Assembly: GCA_963803805.1 (NCBI GenBank)
Contig: CAWDOD010000009.1
Span: 32,001-96,000 of the forward strand
Origin: an uncultured cyanobacterium
GTDB taxonomy: Bacteria; Cyanobacteriota; Cyanobacteriia; Cyanobacteriales; CAWCAG01
DNA length: 64,000 nucleotides
Reading direction: 5' to 3'
Shown here: piece by piece, positions 1 to 9,701 of the stretch
Numbering within the stretch: position 1 is the stretch's first letter
Layout: each line of letters opens with the position of its first letter
Position numbers and translations under genes: made by a program
Notes under the pieces: generated by a model
The model's input: the letters and a program-made list of their open reading frames with translations, nothing else
What the model was told of the DNA's origin: nothing
The model's database searches: none

Positions 1-567
1 CAAAAAGCTAGTAAAATACTCTCTCCTATTAGCCTTCATCAATTAGCAGATCAAGGTAAGAGAAAGAAAATCAGCACTATTGTCATGGTGACAGATATTA
101 GGAATATTATTACCAAAAAAGGCGACCCTATGGCCTTTGTACAAATAGAAGATATTTCTAGTCAAGCCGAAGGGGTTGTTTTTCCGAGTAATTATGAGCA
201 AGTCTCTCCTTTTTTGGAAGTAGATAAACCCTTGATTATGTGGGGAAGGGCTGATAAACAAGAGGATAAGGTGCAACTAATTATCGAAGAAGTTGAACCA
301 GTAGAAAAGGTTCATATGGTTATGGTAGAATTAACTCCTCAACAAGCTGAAGATCGTTCAGAACAAGTTAGGTTAAAGGGAATTTTAAACCCAAGAAATG
401 ATCACAAGCAAGGGAAAGTTCCGGTGGTCGCGATTATTGGTTCCCGTAGTCAAGGACAATTCGTTCGCTTGGGGCAAGAATATTGGGTAGAAAATTATCA
501 AGCGGCAGTTGAAGCCCTTAATAAAGCCCAATTTCCGGCACAGGCGATGGCTTTAACTGGGAAATAA
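1..567 (+). CDS. dnaE: DNA polymerase III alpha subunit, C-terminal part (OB-fold); partial, begins upstream of the window
   Basis: Frame is open from base 1 (QKASKILSPISLHQL...). It contains the DnaE OB-fold signature ITKKGDPMAFVQIED...EGVVFP..YE and a cyanobacterial-type C-terminal tail. Confidence 0.9.
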   Translation, partial: QKASKILSPISLHQLADQGKRKKISTIVMVTDIRNIITKKGDPMAFVQIEDISSQAEGVVFPSNYEQVSPFLEVDKPLIMWGRADKQEDKVQLIIEEVEPVEKVHMVMVELTPQQAEDRSEQVRLKGILNPRNDHKQGKVPVVAIIGSRSQGQFVRLGQEYWVENYQAAVEALNKAQFPAQAMALTGK

Positions 568-812
568 TATCAATGATCACTGAGCAATGATCATTAACAA
601 TAGCATTTAATTTGCTTTTTGAACTTGACGGGTAAAGGGGGAAGACTGGGGTAAGTAACTAAATCTAACTTACCTCCTGTTTACTACTATTTACTTCGAC
701 CTTGGCGTATCTTAAAGAGTGCATCGACGTAGATTGAGGAGAGACTGTCCCTACAGGTAATATTCGACTAAAGTAGACTTTGCAAAAAAATCTTCTCCGC
801 CATAGTAGAGAT

Positions 813-1079
813 ATGGAAAACTCAATTGCTATTGTTCAATGGTTCATCAACTTTTTTCGGGCCTATTTTGCGGCTGGCTTTGTATTCGCCATTCTCTGGT
901 GTATTTTTTGGGTACAACGGTTAGATCCTGGGGCCCGTAGCTGGAATATTGGCTTTCGCCTTCTAATTGTTCCTGGCACGGTTGTATTTTGGCCCCTCTT
1001 GGCTATCCGCTTATTGCGAGGTAAAAGCCTTCCTACAGAACGCAATGCCCATCGCTTAAAAGCCAAACGTGCTGTTTAA
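813..1079 (+). CDS. Small membrane protein (2 TM), first gene of the redox cassette
   Basis: ATG at 813; hydrophobic segments AYFAAGFVFAILWCIFWV and FRLLIVPGTVVFWPLL; tightly linked to the next three genes. Confidence 0.7.
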   Translation: MENSIAIVQWFINFFRAYFAAGFVFAILWCIFWVQRLDPGARSWNIGFRLLIVPGTVVFWPLLAIRLLRGKSLPTERNAHRLKAKRAV

Positions 1080-1097
1080 CTGCAACTGTAGATTCAA

Positions 1098-1610
1098 ATG
1101 ATTCTTTCTCGTCGCCAAGCTCATTTCTACTCTTTCGTAATTTTAGCTGTTCTCATCCCCATCTGCTTTGTAGCTGGGATTTGGTTGCGTCCTAGCTATA
1201 ACGCAGTTGGAGAGTCTGCAACAGAATTATTTTACCAAGCAGGGTTTGTTAGGGAAACTCCTGCCAATAAGGCTATTACTACCGCTAAATTATCCGATGC
1301 AACCTTTTGGGCCCAAGCAAAAACTTTCCTTACCCCTGAAGGAGAAATACTTCTCCAACTCCAGCCCAACTCTAATCTCCAATTTCCCGATCCCTTACTA
1401 TACTGGGAAGCAGGAGAAAAGCAACCCACAAAACTTAGCGACACCTCCCTTCTGCTAGGGGATTTAGCTGGGCCTTTCCAGCGTCATTTTCTTGTTCCTA
1501 AAGCAATGCAGGGTCAAGCAGGACATTTGCTAATTTACAGTCCTATTCAACAGGAAGTTGTTGCCACCCTGCCCCTTCCTGCTAAGTTAACTAAACCTAG
1601 AAGAAAATAA
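1098..1610 (+). CDS. Hypothetical membrane-anchored protein
   Basis: 170-aa ORF with an N-terminal TM helix (FVILAVLIPICFVAGIWL) and a soluble beta-rich C-terminus. Confidence 0.75.
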   Translation: MILSRRQAHFYSFVILAVLIPICFVAGIWLRPSYNAVGESATELFYQAGFVRETPANKAITTAKLSDATFWAQAKTFLTPEGEILLQLQPNSNLQFPDPLLYWEAGEKQPTKLSDTSLLLGDLAGPFQRHFLVPKAMQGQAGHLLIYSPIQQEVVATLPLPAKLTKPRRK

Positions 1611-1638
1611 GATTCGTGCTTTTAATTGGGAGAAGAAA

Positions 1639-2673
1639 GTGAGTGTTCTATATAAAGCGGTGCAATGGAACCGCCAAAAATTTATCTATGATGCTATCTT
1701 ACTCAGTGCCATTGTCTTTTACATCGTCCTCTTTGTCGATGTTGCTCAGTTAGTAGATAGCAACATCGAATTACGAGGTGTTCGCATTCGAGCTTTTGGT
1801 TCAGCCGCTTTTATTCTACTACACATCATCCTCTCCATTGGCCCCTTAACCCGTCTTAGTCCTAAATTTTATCCCCTACTTTATAATCGTCGGCATATGG
1901 GGGTGATGATGTTCTTGCTAGCCCTTTATCATAGTCGCATTGCCCTAACGTGGTATCATGATTTCGGTAATATTGAACCCTTAGTAAGTTTGTTTGTGAG
2001 CAATACTTACTACGATACTTTCCTTCGCTTTCCTTTCCAAATTCTTGGTTTTGTGGCCTTATCTATCCTCTTCTTAATGGCTGCAACTAGCCACGATTTT
2101 TGGTTAGCAAACCTCACAGCCCCAGTTTGGAAAGCCCTCCATATGGGAGTTTATCTCGCCTACAGCTTATTGATTGGTCATGTGGTTTTAGGGGCATTGC
2201 AAACTAACAAACATCCCCTACTTACTGTCATGGTGGGAATAGGATTTGTTTGGATTATCGGCTTACATCTTTTTGTTGGATGGCGTGAAATGAAGCGCGA
2301 TCGCCCAGAATTAGGAAGTTTAGGAGAAGAGTTTGTTGATGTTGGTAGCCTGGCAGAGATACCAGAGAATGAGGCGAGGATTGTCAATATAGCAGGCGAT
2401 CGCGTAGCTATTTTCAAATATGATGGCAAGGTTGCTGCAGTTTCCAATGTTTGCCAGCATCAAAATAGTCCTCTTGGTGAAGGAAGAATTATCGATGGTT
2501 GCATCACCTGTCCTTGGCATGGCTATCAATACTTACCAGAAAATGGCGCATCACCTCCCCCCTTCACCGAAAAAATCCCTACTTTCGATGTCAAATTACA
2601 AGGTGATCGCATTCTGGTTAAAACTATTCCTAATCTCCCTGGTACGCCAGTAACTCCGGCAGTTTTTGACTAG
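1639..2673 (+). CDS. Ferric reductase-like (MsrQ-type) transmembrane domain fused to a Rieske [2Fe-2S] domain
   Basis: About 6 TM helices with candidate heme His motifs (NRRHMG, ALYH, WKALH, IGH); C-terminal Rieske ligands CQH...CPWHG. Confidence 0.88.
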   Translation: MSVLYKAVQWNRQKFIYDAILLSAIVFYIVLFVDVAQLVDSNIELRGVRIRAFGSAAFILLHIILSIGPLTRLSPKFYPLLYNRRHMGVMMFLLALYHSRIALTWYHDFGNIEPLVSLFVSNTYYDTFLRFPFQILGFVALSILFLMAATSHDFWLANLTAPVWKALHMGVYLAYSLLIGHVVLGALQTNKHPLLTVMVGIGFVWIIGLHLFVGWREMKRDRPELGSLGEEFVDVGSLAEIPENEARIVNIAGDRVAIFKYDGKVAAVSNVCQHQNSPLGEGRIIDGCITCPWHGYQYLPENGASPPPFTEKIPTFDVKLQGDRILVKTIPNLPGTPVTPAVFD

Positions 2674-2782
2674 GGAAATAAATAGAGGGAGTTGTGAGTT
2701 TAGGGAGAAAAATGTCACCTATTCCCTTTCCTCTTTCCCCAGCCGAGAAAATGTATACCTCACTTCTAGCAAAAATTGCTAT

Positions 2783-3553
2783 ATGACTTATCCAAATCAA
2801 GAACAACACCAAGATGAATTTTACATTGGCTATGGTCAAGTACCACCAAAATTAGGGAATTTTCTCAAGATTTTCATTCCTGTCCTCGTCATTGGCTACT
2901 TATTACTAGCTTGCATCTTACCCCTCATTCACAACCAGTTTAATTCAGGCAAACTCGGTGCAGGGCAGGAATTTGAGGGCTTGCTTATAGACCAACCTGT
3001 CCCTCAACTCCTTGTACCCCGTCAAGGAGATACTGCATCGGAGGCTGCTTATTCTCGCTACCTACTCACAGGCCCAGGTAAAACAGCACCTGCACCGGAA
3101 GTTATGGCACAGTCAGGAGAATGGGTCAAATTAATGGGACTTCCTGTTTATCGGGACAACCTTACCGTGATCGCTACTCAATCGGCTGAAACTATCGCCA
3201 AACCACAAGAAGCAGCCACCCTAGATCAAGGTAAATCATTAGGAGAATTTTCCTTAATTGGGGAGATTGTTGATAGCAAATGTTATCCTGGGGTCATGAA
3301 ACCAGGGCAAATGAAAACCCATCGTTCCTGCGCCATCCGCTGCATCAGTGGTGGCGTACCCCCCGTATTTGTTACCCATAATCAGCAAGGAGAAAAACTC
3401 TACCTACTCCTAGCAGACTCCCAGGGTAAAGCTGTTAATGCCAAAGTTTTAGGAAAAGTTGCTGATCCGATTAGTATTACCGGGGAAGTAGTTAAATATG
3501 GCGATATGTTTATCCTCAAAGCCGAACCAAAAACCTACAAATTATTGCTATAG
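2783..3553 (+). CDS. Hypothetical membrane-anchored protein with a Cys/His cluster
   Basis: Likely ATG at 2783 (ORF track starts at 2666); one TM helix; motif GEIVDSKCY...HRSCAIRCISGG. Confidence 0.75.
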   Translation: MTYPNQEQHQDEFYIGYGQVPPKLGNFLKIFIPVLVIGYLLLACILPLIHNQFNSGKLGAGQEFEGLLIDQPVPQLLVPRQGDTASEAAYSRYLLTGPGKTAPAPEVMAQSGEWVKLMGLPVYRDNLTVIATQSAETIAKPQEAATLDQGKSLGEFSLIGEIVDSKCYPGVMKPGQMKTHRSCAIRCISGGVPPVFVTHNQQGEKLYLLLADSQGKAVNAKVLGKVADPISITGEVVKYGDMFILKAEPKTYKLLL

Positions 3554-3679
3554 CAACAGGGAAGCGGGAATAAGGAATAAGTCAATAGGGAGTGGGGAGT
3601 AGAAAAACGACTTACTAGCTTTGCTTTTTAGCCTTTTATCGATAGTCAACTACAAATGTTTAATGATAGATGATACAAA

Positions 3680-4660
3680 ATGATCTCCTCTGCTTTGCAA
3701 AGTGCTAATCCTAAACTACTGCTGATTATTTCTCGCGCCCTGGCTGCATTGCGCCCTTCCTTAATTGCTTTCATGGTGGCTAATGCAACCAGACTGAGTG
3801 GAGGCATGGAAACTCCCATTTCTTTTTGCAATGTCCTTTTTGTCGGCAACCTGTGTGCTGCTATAGCGGTGCTGTTTTGGTTTGGAGTCAAGGAGATTTG
3901 GCAAGACATCAAAAATTTGCAACCGAAACTAATGCTGGGTTTGTTTATCAATGGTTGCTTAGCCGCTTTACTCTCTTCTCTAATTTTTATTGGTTTAGAA
4001 TTCACCACTGTCACCAATGCTGTATTGTTAGGGAGATTTGGGCCGGTTATTTATGCTATTGTCGGGGCGCTGCTTTTCAAAAAAACTATTCGTAAACAGG
4101 AATGGTTTGGTTTTTCTCTCATTGCCGTAGGTATAACTGCTGTAGTCCTAAAAAGCAGCAACTTTCAAATCAACAAAGGGGATATTTTCATCTTAGCTTC
4201 AACCTTTATTTATGCTGCTACTTCAGTGATTGGTAAAGTAATGCTTTCCCAAGAAGGGAGTGTACGCATTGTCGTTTTTAGTCGTAACTTTGTCTCTGCC
4301 ATAATTTTCTTTATCATTGCCTATAGCTTATTTGGTCCTAATCATTTTGGCGATGTCTTTTCTGGTCAGCTTTGGATAATTATGGCAGTGTATGCTGTTA
4401 TTATCATCGTACTAGCCCAGTTTTTATGGTATGCAGCACTAGATAAATTAGACTCCAAAACTATTGGTAAATGGACTGTTTTATCCCCAGTATTTGGTAT
4501 TATTTACGCTTTACTCCTCAATGGCGAACAGCCTTCAGCAACCCAATTTACTGCCTTTGCCGTAATAATGGCGGGGGTGCTGATTACTAGTTTAGGTAAA
4601 AAAGCACCGCAAGAAGTTCAGGAAATGGCCACCGAAGGGGAAAGCAGTGTTTCTGCTTAA
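3680..4660 (+). CDS. DMT/EamA family transporter
   Basis: 326 aa, about 10 TM helices in two repeats; GLEFTTVTNAVLL and LSPVFGIIYALLLNGE are EamA-like motifs. Confidence 0.88.
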   Translation: MISSALQSANPKLLLIISRALAALRPSLIAFMVANATRLSGGMETPISFCNVLFVGNLCAAIAVLFWFGVKEIWQDIKNLQPKLMLGLFINGCLAALLSSLIFIGLEFTTVTNAVLLGRFGPVIYAIVGALLFKKTIRKQEWFGFSLIAVGITAVVLKSSNFQINKGDIFILASTFIYAATSVIGKVMLSQEGSVRIVVFSRNFVSAIIFFIIAYSLFGPNHFGDVFSGQLWIIMAVYAVIIIVLAQFLWYAALDKLDSKTIGKWTVLSPVFGIIYALLLNGEQPSATQFTAFAVIMAGVLITSLGKKAPQEVQEMATEGESSVSA

Positions 4661-4770
4661 ATTGCTAGTTGCTAGTTGCTAATGGGCATTGGTAACAAGT
4701 TAGTTTTTGCCTCCTTTACCCTTTCCCTTTACCCCCAAAAAATAACCTCTGTTGCTCAACAGAGTCTAGT

Positions 4771-5793
4771 ATGAAACTACTATCCATTTGCAATCCTGCT
4801 GCCTATAATCGCCCGTCGTTGGATGTACCAATTTACTACCAACAACTGGCTAGGGATACCAGGGTTAAGTCCTTTCATATCCCTACTGAGGAAGTTTTAA
4901 CTCAAAAAAGTTCTTTTCCATTGCTTCAGGTTGCTTCTGTGGCAGGAGAACTTCCTTATAGAGAGTTTTTAAACTTAAATGCAACGGTTAATCAACAATG
5001 TTCTCTGGCAGAAGTAGATTTAGTATTTTGTCGCACCTTAAAACCCTTTCCTACAGGATATCTTAATACTCTAAGCCATTGGGAAAAACAGATTAAATTT
5101 GTTAACAGTCCTAAAGGTATTCGCGAACAGATTCAACCAGATTTCCTTGGTAAGGCTGCAAGCAAGTTTACACCAGCAATGATTGTTACCAAGGACTTGG
5201 CAGAAGCGTTAGCCTTTTTTGAACAGCATCAAACCATTGTTGCTAAACAGTTTAATAGTTGTGGAGGCAGGGGAGTGTTTAAAATCTACTATCACAACAG
5301 TTCCTTTCAAGTTGATAATCTTTTCTTGGGGACAAGAGAATTTAGTGACTTTTCCCAGGTTATGAATTACCTACAAAGCACAACCAGCAAACCTTTGCTA
5401 TTTGTACGCTACCTCACAAGAGTAGATGCAGGAGACAAACGCATTGTTGTGGTTGATGGGGAGATTTACGGGGCTTACATTCGCCGTTCTCAAAGTGGTC
5501 ATTGGGTACACAATGTTAGTGGGGACGGAGAATGCTTTTTAGCAGAAATTAGCGACGGAGAAAAAGAAGCGATCGCCGGTACTTTTGAGTATTATCGCCG
5601 TTACGGAATACATACTTTGGGATATGACTTTTTACTTGATGAAGATCATAATTGGTGTATTAGTGAAATTAATGCTGGCAATGTGGGTGGTTTTTCTCGA
5701 TTAGAACAGTTAACTAATAAACCTGTTATGAACCAGTTAATTAGTTGGTTAATTGAATTTTCACAAAAGACCTGTCCAAAAATAAAAAGATAA
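4771..5793 (+). CDS. ATP-grasp ligase (glutathione synthetase/RimK-like); last codons supplied by an IS end
   Basis: FVNSP, VAK...GGRGV, GDKRIVVVDG and GYDF...EINAGN are ATP-grasp motifs. KTCPKIKR* reads through the IS terminal repeat at 5768. Confidence 0.8.
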   Translation: MKLLSICNPAAYNRPSLDVPIYYQQLARDTRVKSFHIPTEEVLTQKSSFPLLQVASVAGELPYREFLNLNATVNQQCSLAEVDLVFCRTLKPFPTGYLNTLSHWEKQIKFVNSPKGIREQIQPDFLGKAASKFTPAMIVTKDLAEALAFFEQHQTIVAKQFNSCGGRGVFKIYYHNSSFQVDNLFLGTREFSDFSQVMNYLQSTTSKPLLFVRYLTRVDAGDKRIVVVDGEIYGAYIRRSQSGHWVHNVSGDGECFLAEISDGEKEAIAGTFEYYRRYGIHTLGYDFLLDEDHNWCISEINAGNVGGFSRLEQLTNKPVMNQLISWLIEFSQKTCPKIKR

Positions 5794-6233
5794 GGAAAAA
5801 TAGAGAAGTTAATATTAATATAGTGCATTACAAACTGTGGTAACTCCTCTTGAACAAATTGAGAAATATCCAGACAAGTGCAAGAATTACTCACAGAATA
5901 TGAAGTGATAGTGGATAGCTACGAGCAAAGCAGGGAAAGGCCAAGAGAATATGACCAGCAGAAGAAATACTACTCAGGCAAGAAGAAAAACCATACATTA
6001 ATACTGTTTGTGGCTTAGTAAGACTACGAATAGGGACATTAATATTTTCTGTTTAAAAAACTCAATTTCGGAAGCATATATGCTCCGGTAGCCATCCAGT
6101 ATCAAAGAAGATGTTGCTAACAATAAATCAATCTTTGTGTCTATTTTAGGTTGTTTTGGCTCGTATGTTGTTTGAGACTTAGTTAGACTATAAGCCTTGC
6201 CATGACTTACTTTTCTAATTTTTGGACAGGTCT
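5768..6233 (+). mobile_element. Internally deleted IS remnant/MITE (IS5-like, DDE_Tnp_4-type)
   Basis: Terminal inverted repeats AGACCTGTCCAAAAAT (5768) and ATTTTTGGACAGGTCT (ends 6233); internal transposase fragment IVDSYEQSRERPREYDQQKKYYSGKKKNHTL. Confidence 0.8.
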
Positions 6234-6320
6234 ATTGAGGACAATTAAGCATGGAGAGCATTCTTCGTTCACCAGGTTTTCTCTCCTCAATGTTATTATC
6301 ATTACCTCTACATGACTACC
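6234..6320 (-). mobile_element. IS1-family left end, truncated copy 1
   Basis: 87 bp identical to 33938-34024. The minus strand starts GGTAGT and contains the first codons (MLNCPQ) of an InsA-type zinc ribbon. Confidence 0.75.
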
Positions 6321-6335
6321 GTATAGATAAGGGAA

Positions 6336-9300
6336 CTACCAAGGACTACCGACTAAAGTAAAGCCAGACCAGTTAGAAGGATGGGAAAAGTCGCTTTTTG
6401 ACAAACTTGAGAGCTGCTTGGACATATCTTCTTTTGTTTGAAGTCGTGCTGTTATATTGCCCACTTCCCCCCGTAGTAGGTCAATTTGAGCTTTTCTTAA
6501 AGCTACTGCTTTAGTTTTAGACTCTGGTAAATATTGGTAAAACTTACTCATCAAGGCAAAAGTAGCTAAGTCGTCGCTTTTCCATAAACTAGCAATCGCA
6601 GATTTAACCCCAGCTTTAATAGCTAAGCCAGCAAAACCCATTTCTGCATACTTATCTCCTAAAGCAGTTTCACAAGCACTAAGAACAAGCAAGTCTACTT
6701 CTGGGTCTTTTGACCATTGCAAATCTGTTAAATTATCTAAGAGAAGTTTCTGATCCCACATTTGAATGTAGGATTCTTTGCCTTGAGATTGGAATCTAGC
6801 GTGAGTTGCCAGATGAATAACCTTGAAAGGTTGTTGCCGTAGTGCTTTAAGGTTAACTAAGGTCGCTTCTTCATTGAGAAAAGCCTGACTCCCGGTTATT
6901 TGTTCAGAGATGGCTGCTATTTCAGCAGGGACAGCAGGTAAAGCCTCTTTGCTGTTAGCAAACTCAGAAACTCCCATAGCCAGCAATTCCCCTTCTTTAA
7001 TTTTGCTATGTTCAACATCCGCGAAGGTGAAGCTAGGAATTACACTAGTTTGGTATTTTTCTATCAAAAACTGTTCACCGTCATACAAGGCCGCAACAGG
7101 TAAAGAACGCATTTCACCATCTAAAGAAAAAAGGAGAGTGTCAATGTTTTGGGCTGCTAACTCTGCTTCAATAGGTGCAATCAGCCAATTGTAGAGTTCT
7201 TGAGCTTCATTGCGGTAGTGGGATATTTTGCTATCTCGTAATTTTTGCTGCAAGCGATAAACTTTGCGGCGTATTTCTTGCTTGTTGGTATCAAGGATAG
7301 TTTTACTAATTTGTTTCCCATCAGGGCGTAGCAAAGTTATTTTCAGTTGTTCTTCAGCAAACTCAGTATAGATAACAGCCGGATTAATACCAACTTCGGT
7401 TTGCACTTCCTTTAAGCGATTTTGAATATCAATTCCTGTCATTAGCTGGTTAGGGAAGCTAACGCCAAAATGATTAACGTATTCTTGTGTACGGCGTTTC
7501 TCAATTTCTAGTTCTTCATCAGCAAGGTTTTCTTCTTCTGTAATGTCCCTTAAGGTTGTATTTTGACCAATGTTAACTTTGTCTACATTTACCTGGGGAG
7601 CTTCGGCATCAATAATACCAAATTCTCCGTTACCATCATAGGCGCTGGAATCAATTAACTTGGCCGTAATTGATTCCCATGCACGTAGGGTAACATCTCC
7701 TCCAGAGCCAACGTTGCTAGAAGTAATGAAATAATCACCGTTAATATTACGACCCCCTAAATAAAGATCGCCGCCATCACCATAGCGGGTAGTACCAGTG
7801 AAAGTAAGCCCAGGAAGATTAATATCAAAACCAGCATTGCCTGTAATATCCCCTCCAAGCCCATCGATTGCACCAGTAAATAAGGAAAGGTTACTGATAA
7901 TAATGTTGCCTCTGTTATCAATGAAGCTAGGGTTTTTAAATAAGAAGGTATTGAATAGAAGATTATCCACGGCAGGATTAAGGATTTTAATACCACCGTT
8001 AAGGGTTATTTCCCCTGTTAAGGTTACACCAAATAGAAGTTCTATCGCTGGATGAACAGTTTTACCTGAAGGGGTTACAGTAAAAGTACTACCACTCGTG
8101 CTGCAATTCAGTCCTGCACCTCCCCCAGCACCACATTGGGTCATCAAATAGTCTCGCAGCACCCCAGTAGAAACTTTGATATCATTACCAGTGGTGATGA
8201 AAATATCTCCACCTTTACCCCTTATAGCACCGGAGAGAATGCTACTAAAGTCAACATTGCCCCCAGCAAAGATTTTTACTTCACCCCCATTTCCTCTTCC
8301 CAAACTACCAGAACCAATTGTCTCCACAGATACGTCACCTTGCTCACTAAAAATTAAGACATTGCCCCCATTTCCCTGATCAGCTTGGGATTGTATGGCT
8401 TTTATGTTAATATTTCCCTTGGCAATAAAAGCTGCATTACCCCCATCACCTGAGTAGGTGGCACGAGTGTAACCACTATGGGTATTGATATTCCCACCAG
8501 CTCTATAAAAGATTGAACCTCTTAGTCCATTGTCACTATCAGCTCTCGGTGACTGAGTGTTAATATTTCCTTGGGGCGCATAGACACCTATTGTCCCTCC
8601 TCCTGTTACTCCACTAGCTTCTAGATCTCTAGTAGTAATATTTCCCTGCAAAGAGGTTAAGAAAATATTGCCTCCCTTAGCCTGCCATGACCTAGCCTCA
8701 ATATCACTACCAATGGTGATATCATTAAGAGCATTAATGAGAACTGAACCACCACCATTCAAACCATTTGGCCACAACTCTACATCAATACGCCCCATTA
8801 CTACATCACCGAAGTTGACGGGAACATTATTGAGAAGCACGCTGGGAGAATTAGCGACAATGCCTCCACCAGTGGTAACAACTAAACCTGTATTGACATT
8901 AGCAGCGTCTGCACCAGTGAGTAAAGCAGGTAAATCTTTAGGTTGGAAGGGTAGTACATTGCCTTGAGGATCTCTTGGTGGTTCAATTTCTAAGCTTAGA
9001 ATGCTCCCCGGTTGAGAGATTCTGACACGACTTGAACCTTCTACAGCAGCAACAATAATTTTACCTTCTGGAGCAAACGATGTAGCAGTATTAACTACTG
9101 TTCCCCCCAAGAAGGTTAAGCTTTTTCCCTCTTTTACAGGCAAGCCACCGCCAATAATAATTGCTCCTGGTTGTGGTGAATCGAAGGCGAATTGAGTGGG
9201 ATTTCCTACTAGGCTGTTATAGTCATTAACTCCTACTGCATTAAACCAATTATTGTCACCGAAGCCAATACCTGTAGCGGTGGTTGCAGTGAAGTCTCCC

Positions 9301-9701
9301 GGCACATTTAAAAACGCATTGCTACCAAAAACCATGCCTGCGGGGTTCATTAAAAAGAGATTAGAATTTCCCCCTGTTACTTTAATTAAACCGTCGATAA
9401 TAGAAGGATTGCCGCCAACTACTCTACCTAAAATGTTTTGTATTCCAGGTTGAGACATAAAGTTAGCTATTTGCCCAGGATTGAGTCCCAACTCTTTAAA
9501 ACTATGGAAAAGATTGATGTCGACACGAGTACCGCCAGTAATATCCAGTTGGTTAGGATTAATACTATTGTTATTAACTAATGTACCTGTCCCATCATTT
9601 GCAGGCTCAATTTGCGCCTGCCCTTTCTCTACATAAAAAGCCGTAGCACAAACAGCAGCACCGACAAATAACAAACTAAGTTTTTGGTAGATGGTATTCA
9701 T
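6336..9701 (-). CDS. Filamentous haemagglutinin (TPS) N-terminal domain + beta-helix + C-terminal CHAT protease
   Basis: Signal peptide; TPS motifs NLFHSF, NILGRVVGG, NLFLMNPAG; Gly-rich GGNI repeats; CHAT dyad HLATH and LVLSAC; ends HPSNWSGFTLVGSPW. Confidence 0.92.
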   Translation of the reverse strand: MNTIYQKLSLLFVGAAVCATAFYVEKGQAQIEPANDGTGTLVNNNSINPNQLDITGGTRVDINLFHSFKELGLNPGQIANFMSQPGIQNILGRVVGGNPSIIDGLIKVTGGNSNLFLMNPAGMVFGSNAFLNVPGDFTATTATGIGFGDNNWFNAVGVNDYNSLVGNPTQFAFDSPQPGAIIIGGGLPVKEGKSLTFLGGTVVNTATSFAPEGKIIVAAVEGSSRVRISQPGSILSLEIEPPRDPQGNVLPFQPKDLPALLTGADAANVNTGLVVTTGGGIVANSPSVLLNNVPVNFGDVVMGRIDVELWPNGLNGGGSVLINALNDITIGSDIEARSWQAKGGNIFLTSLQGNITTRDLEASGVTGGGTIGVYAPQGNINTQSPRADSDNGLRGSIFYRAGGNINTHSGYTRATYSGDGGNAAFIAKGNINIKAIQSQADQGNGGNVLIFSEQGDVSVETIGSGSLGRGNGGEVKIFAGGNVDFSSILSGAIRGKGGDIFITTGNDIKVSTGVLRDYLMTQCGAGGGAGLNCSTSGSTFTVTPSGKTVHPAIELLFGVTLTGEITLNGGIKILNPAVDNLLFNTFLFKNPSFIDNRGNIIISNLSLFTGAIDGLGGDITGNAGFDINLPGLTFTGTTRYGDGGDLYLGGRNINGDYFITSSNVGSGGDVTLRAWESITAKLIDSSAYDGNGEFGIIDAEAPQVNVDKVNIGQNTTLRDITEEENLADEELEIEKRRTQEYVNHFGVSFPNQLMTGIDIQNRLKEVQTEVGINPAVIYTEFAEEQLKITLLRPDGKQISKTILDTNKQEIRRKVYRLQQKLRDSKISHYRNEAQELYNWLIAPIEAELAAQNIDTLLFSLDGEMRSLPVAALYDGEQFLIEKYQTSVIPSFTFADVEHSKIKEGELLAMGVSEFANSKEALPAVPAEIAAISEQITGSQAFLNEEATLVNLKALRQQPFKVIHLATHARFQSQGKESYIQMWDQKLLLDNLTDLQWSKDPEVDLLVLSACETALGDKYAEMGFAGLAIKAGVKSAIASLWKSDDLATFALMSKFYQYLPESKTKAVALRKAQIDLLRGEVGNITARLQTKEDMSKQLSSLSKSDFSHPSNWSGFTLVGSPW

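Noticed and set aside
1-567. Split DnaE intein
   Set aside because: Cyanobacterial dnaE is often split, but the intein part would lie upstream of the window and cannot be seen here.
568-4735. Short heptamer-like runs (about 570-600, 3558-3600, 4662-4735) and HIP1 octamers
   Set aside because: These are ordinary cyanobacterial STRR-like and HIP1 repeats, useful only for taxonomic assignment.
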